In this document: positions 62,510 through 64,000 of the stretch, one piece after another | How the letters are laid out: each line of letters starts with the position of its first letter | How positions within the stretch are numbered: position 1 is the stretch's first letter | Assembly (NCBI GenBank): GCA_963773245.1 | Contig: CAVZAL010000012.1 | Location: 63,485 to 127,484 of the forward strand | Length of the DNA: 64,000 nt | Source of the DNA: an uncultured Pseudomonadota bacterium | GTDB taxonomy: Bacteria > Pseudomonadota > Alphaproteobacteria > Rhizobiales > Beijerinckiaceae | Direction of reading: 5' to 3' | Notes under the pieces: model-generated | Databases searched by the model: none | What the model saw: only the letters and a program-made list of their open reading frames with translations | What the model was told of the DNA's origin: nothing | Made by a program: the position numbers and the translations under genes

Positions 62510-63568
62510 GGGGTCAGACCGATTTAGAATTTTTTGTTGAATGAGACACGGCACGATGATTCAATGGGGTGATGGCAAGACGATTGAGGATCCAGTATTC
62601 CGATGCCATCTATCATGTCATGGCACGGGGTAACGGCAGGCAGGACATCGTCCAGGACGATGCCGACCGCGGGCGGCTGGTGGCTTGCCTGGAACGCGCC
62701 GTTAGGCGGTCGGAATGGTCGCTCTATGCCTTTGTCTTCTTGACCAATCACCTCCACCTGGTCCTCCAGACGCCTCGCCCCAACCTCGCCAAGGGCATGC
62801 AACTGTTCCTCTCGTCGTACGCCAATGGGTGGGCTCGTCGCCACCGCCATTGCGGGCACCTCTTCCAGGGCCGCTACCGGACCGAGCTGGTCGAGGACGA
62901 GACGTATCTCTGGGTCCTGACCCGCTACGTCCATCTCAACCCCGTCCGGGCCGGCCTGGCCGCGACGCCGGAGGCCTGGATATGGTCGAGCTGCCCCGGC
63001 TATTTCCGCCGCCGCGATCGCCTGGACTGGGTGGCCTACGACGCGTTGCTTGCGGCCTGGGCCGGCGAGTTCGGACGGACCGATCCGGAGGCATCCTACC
63101 GTCGCTTCGTGGCGGCCGGTCTGACTACCCCGCCTGCCCCCCCGTGGGCCGAGGCACGGCATGGATGGCTCCTCGGAAGTGAGCGATTCCTGGATCGTCT
63201 GCGCCAGCGCCTCGGCGATCAGACCGATCGCGACCTGCGCCGGGAGCGACGCCTGCTTCGAGGATTGGATCTCGCCCGGGTGATCGAGGCGGTGTGCAGC
63301 CGGTACGGGGTCGACCGGGGCCAACTCGCCGCGCGTGGCTCCCGCTCGCCGGCCCGCGCTGCCCTCGCCTACCTGGCGAAGCACCATACCGAGGCCACCC
63401 GCGCCTAGCTCGTGCCGATCCTTGGCCTCTCCCGCCCCGAGAGCGTCCCTAACCTGTCGGCGCGATTCGCCGCTCTGCTCCAGAGCGAATCGAACGCGAG
63501 GCGAGATCTCATGGCACTGGAACGCGCCCTTGGCCTGAGCGGAGAAAATTCTAAATCGGTCTGACCCC
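62510..63568 (+). mobile_element. TIR-flanked HUH/Y1 (RAYT-type) transposase element
   Basis: Perfect 24-bp inverted repeats GGGGTCAGACCGATTTAGAATTTT (62510-62533) and AAAATTCTAAATCGGTCTGACCCC (63545-63568). Extra end copies at 62485-62500 and 63587-63604. Confidence 0.85.
62569..63564 (+). CDS. REP-associated-type tyrosine transposase with C-terminal HTH, internal TAG at 63406-63408
   Basis: MARRLR..YHVMARGN.RQ.I, NHLHL (HUH), GHLFQGRY, RYVHLNPVRAGL, WSS. The frame stays open after the TAG to an in-frame TGA at 63562-63564 inside the right TIR. Confidence 0.88.
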
Positions 63569-63629
63569 AAAGAACCTACAAAGAACCTAAATCGGTCTGA
63601 CCCCAAAGAACCCCCCAAAGAACCCCTGT

Positions 63630-64000
63630 GTGGAGTACGGAATTAAGAAGCTCTACTTTGTCGACCTCATCCTGCCACACCGTTTCTTTGAGTCGCTGCT
63701 TCCGCGCCTCGCCCGGGCCGATCTTGGGTTGACAATCTTCTACGAGGTCAAATCGAATCTGACGTACCATCAGATCGAGCTGCTGGCCTCGGCTGGAGTG
63801 CGTCTCCTGCAACCGGGGATCGAGAGCTTAAGCACTCCGATTCTCAGGCTCATGCGGAAAGGTGTCACGGGCTTTCAAAACCTGCGGCTATTGAAGTGGG
63901 CCGCAGAACTGGGCGTGGACGTAGCCTGGAACCTTCTGTACGACTTTCCAGGGGAGGATAAGGGCGAGTACACGCAAATGGCGGCCCTGGTTCCCCTGAT
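63630..64000 (+). pseudogene. RiPP-maturation B12-dependent radical SAM (TIGR03975-like), internal fragment lacking its 5' part, runs off the window
   Basis: Hand translation gives FVDLILP..F...LP.L..IFYEVKSNL..L..AGV..LQPGIESLST.IL.LMRKGV...QN..LLKW....G....WNLLYDFPGE. No CxxxCxxC lies upstream because the frame begins at the element's end repeats. Confidence 0.8.

Noticed and set aside
63406-63408. Pyrrolysine or amber recoding in the transposase
   Set aside because: There is no pyl machinery in view, and a single nonsense change or base error is simpler.

Overview
Positions 1 to about 60,450 are GC-rich alphaproteobacterial chromosome (Hyphomicrobiales-like, inferred from gene content and CtrA/LexA/RpoH motifs). 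They are mostly housekeeping: liv-type ABC transporter, cobT, chaC, tyrA-hisC, chorismate mutase-rho, MscS, hisZG, degP, clpB, vapBC, kdsB-pheA, nfuA, a paoABC-like molybdo-flavoenzyme, epmB, mipZ, gloA, tRNA-Thr(CGT), ftsE. Many conserved genes carry scattered indels, most likely consensus errors. There are two small accessory islands. The first (about 8.4-12.8 kb) holds an IS66 remnant, a hybrid histidine kinase and an adenylate cyclase relic. The second (about 56.1-58.8 kb) holds a truncated P4-like integrase at tRNA-Thr and an SphA-type outer-membrane channel. At about 60,450 ftsX stops mid-gene and abuts a truncated Ser/Thr kinase. From there the DNA looks Planctomycete-like: a kinase with 7 x 69-bp in-frame repeats, a tssG fragment, a TIR-flanked HUH/Y1 (RAYT-type) transposase with reiterated ends, and a 5'-truncated RiPP radical SAM gene. 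This junction is most likely a chimeric join. The most interesting signals are the Y1 element with duplicated ends and truncated neighbours, the S/T-P repeat array on the T6SS-linked kinase, an SOS-boxed gene of unknown function, a pair of glycosyltransferase-like genes with altered catalytic motifs, and a His-less Ivy. All family assignments come from reading motifs, not from database searches.
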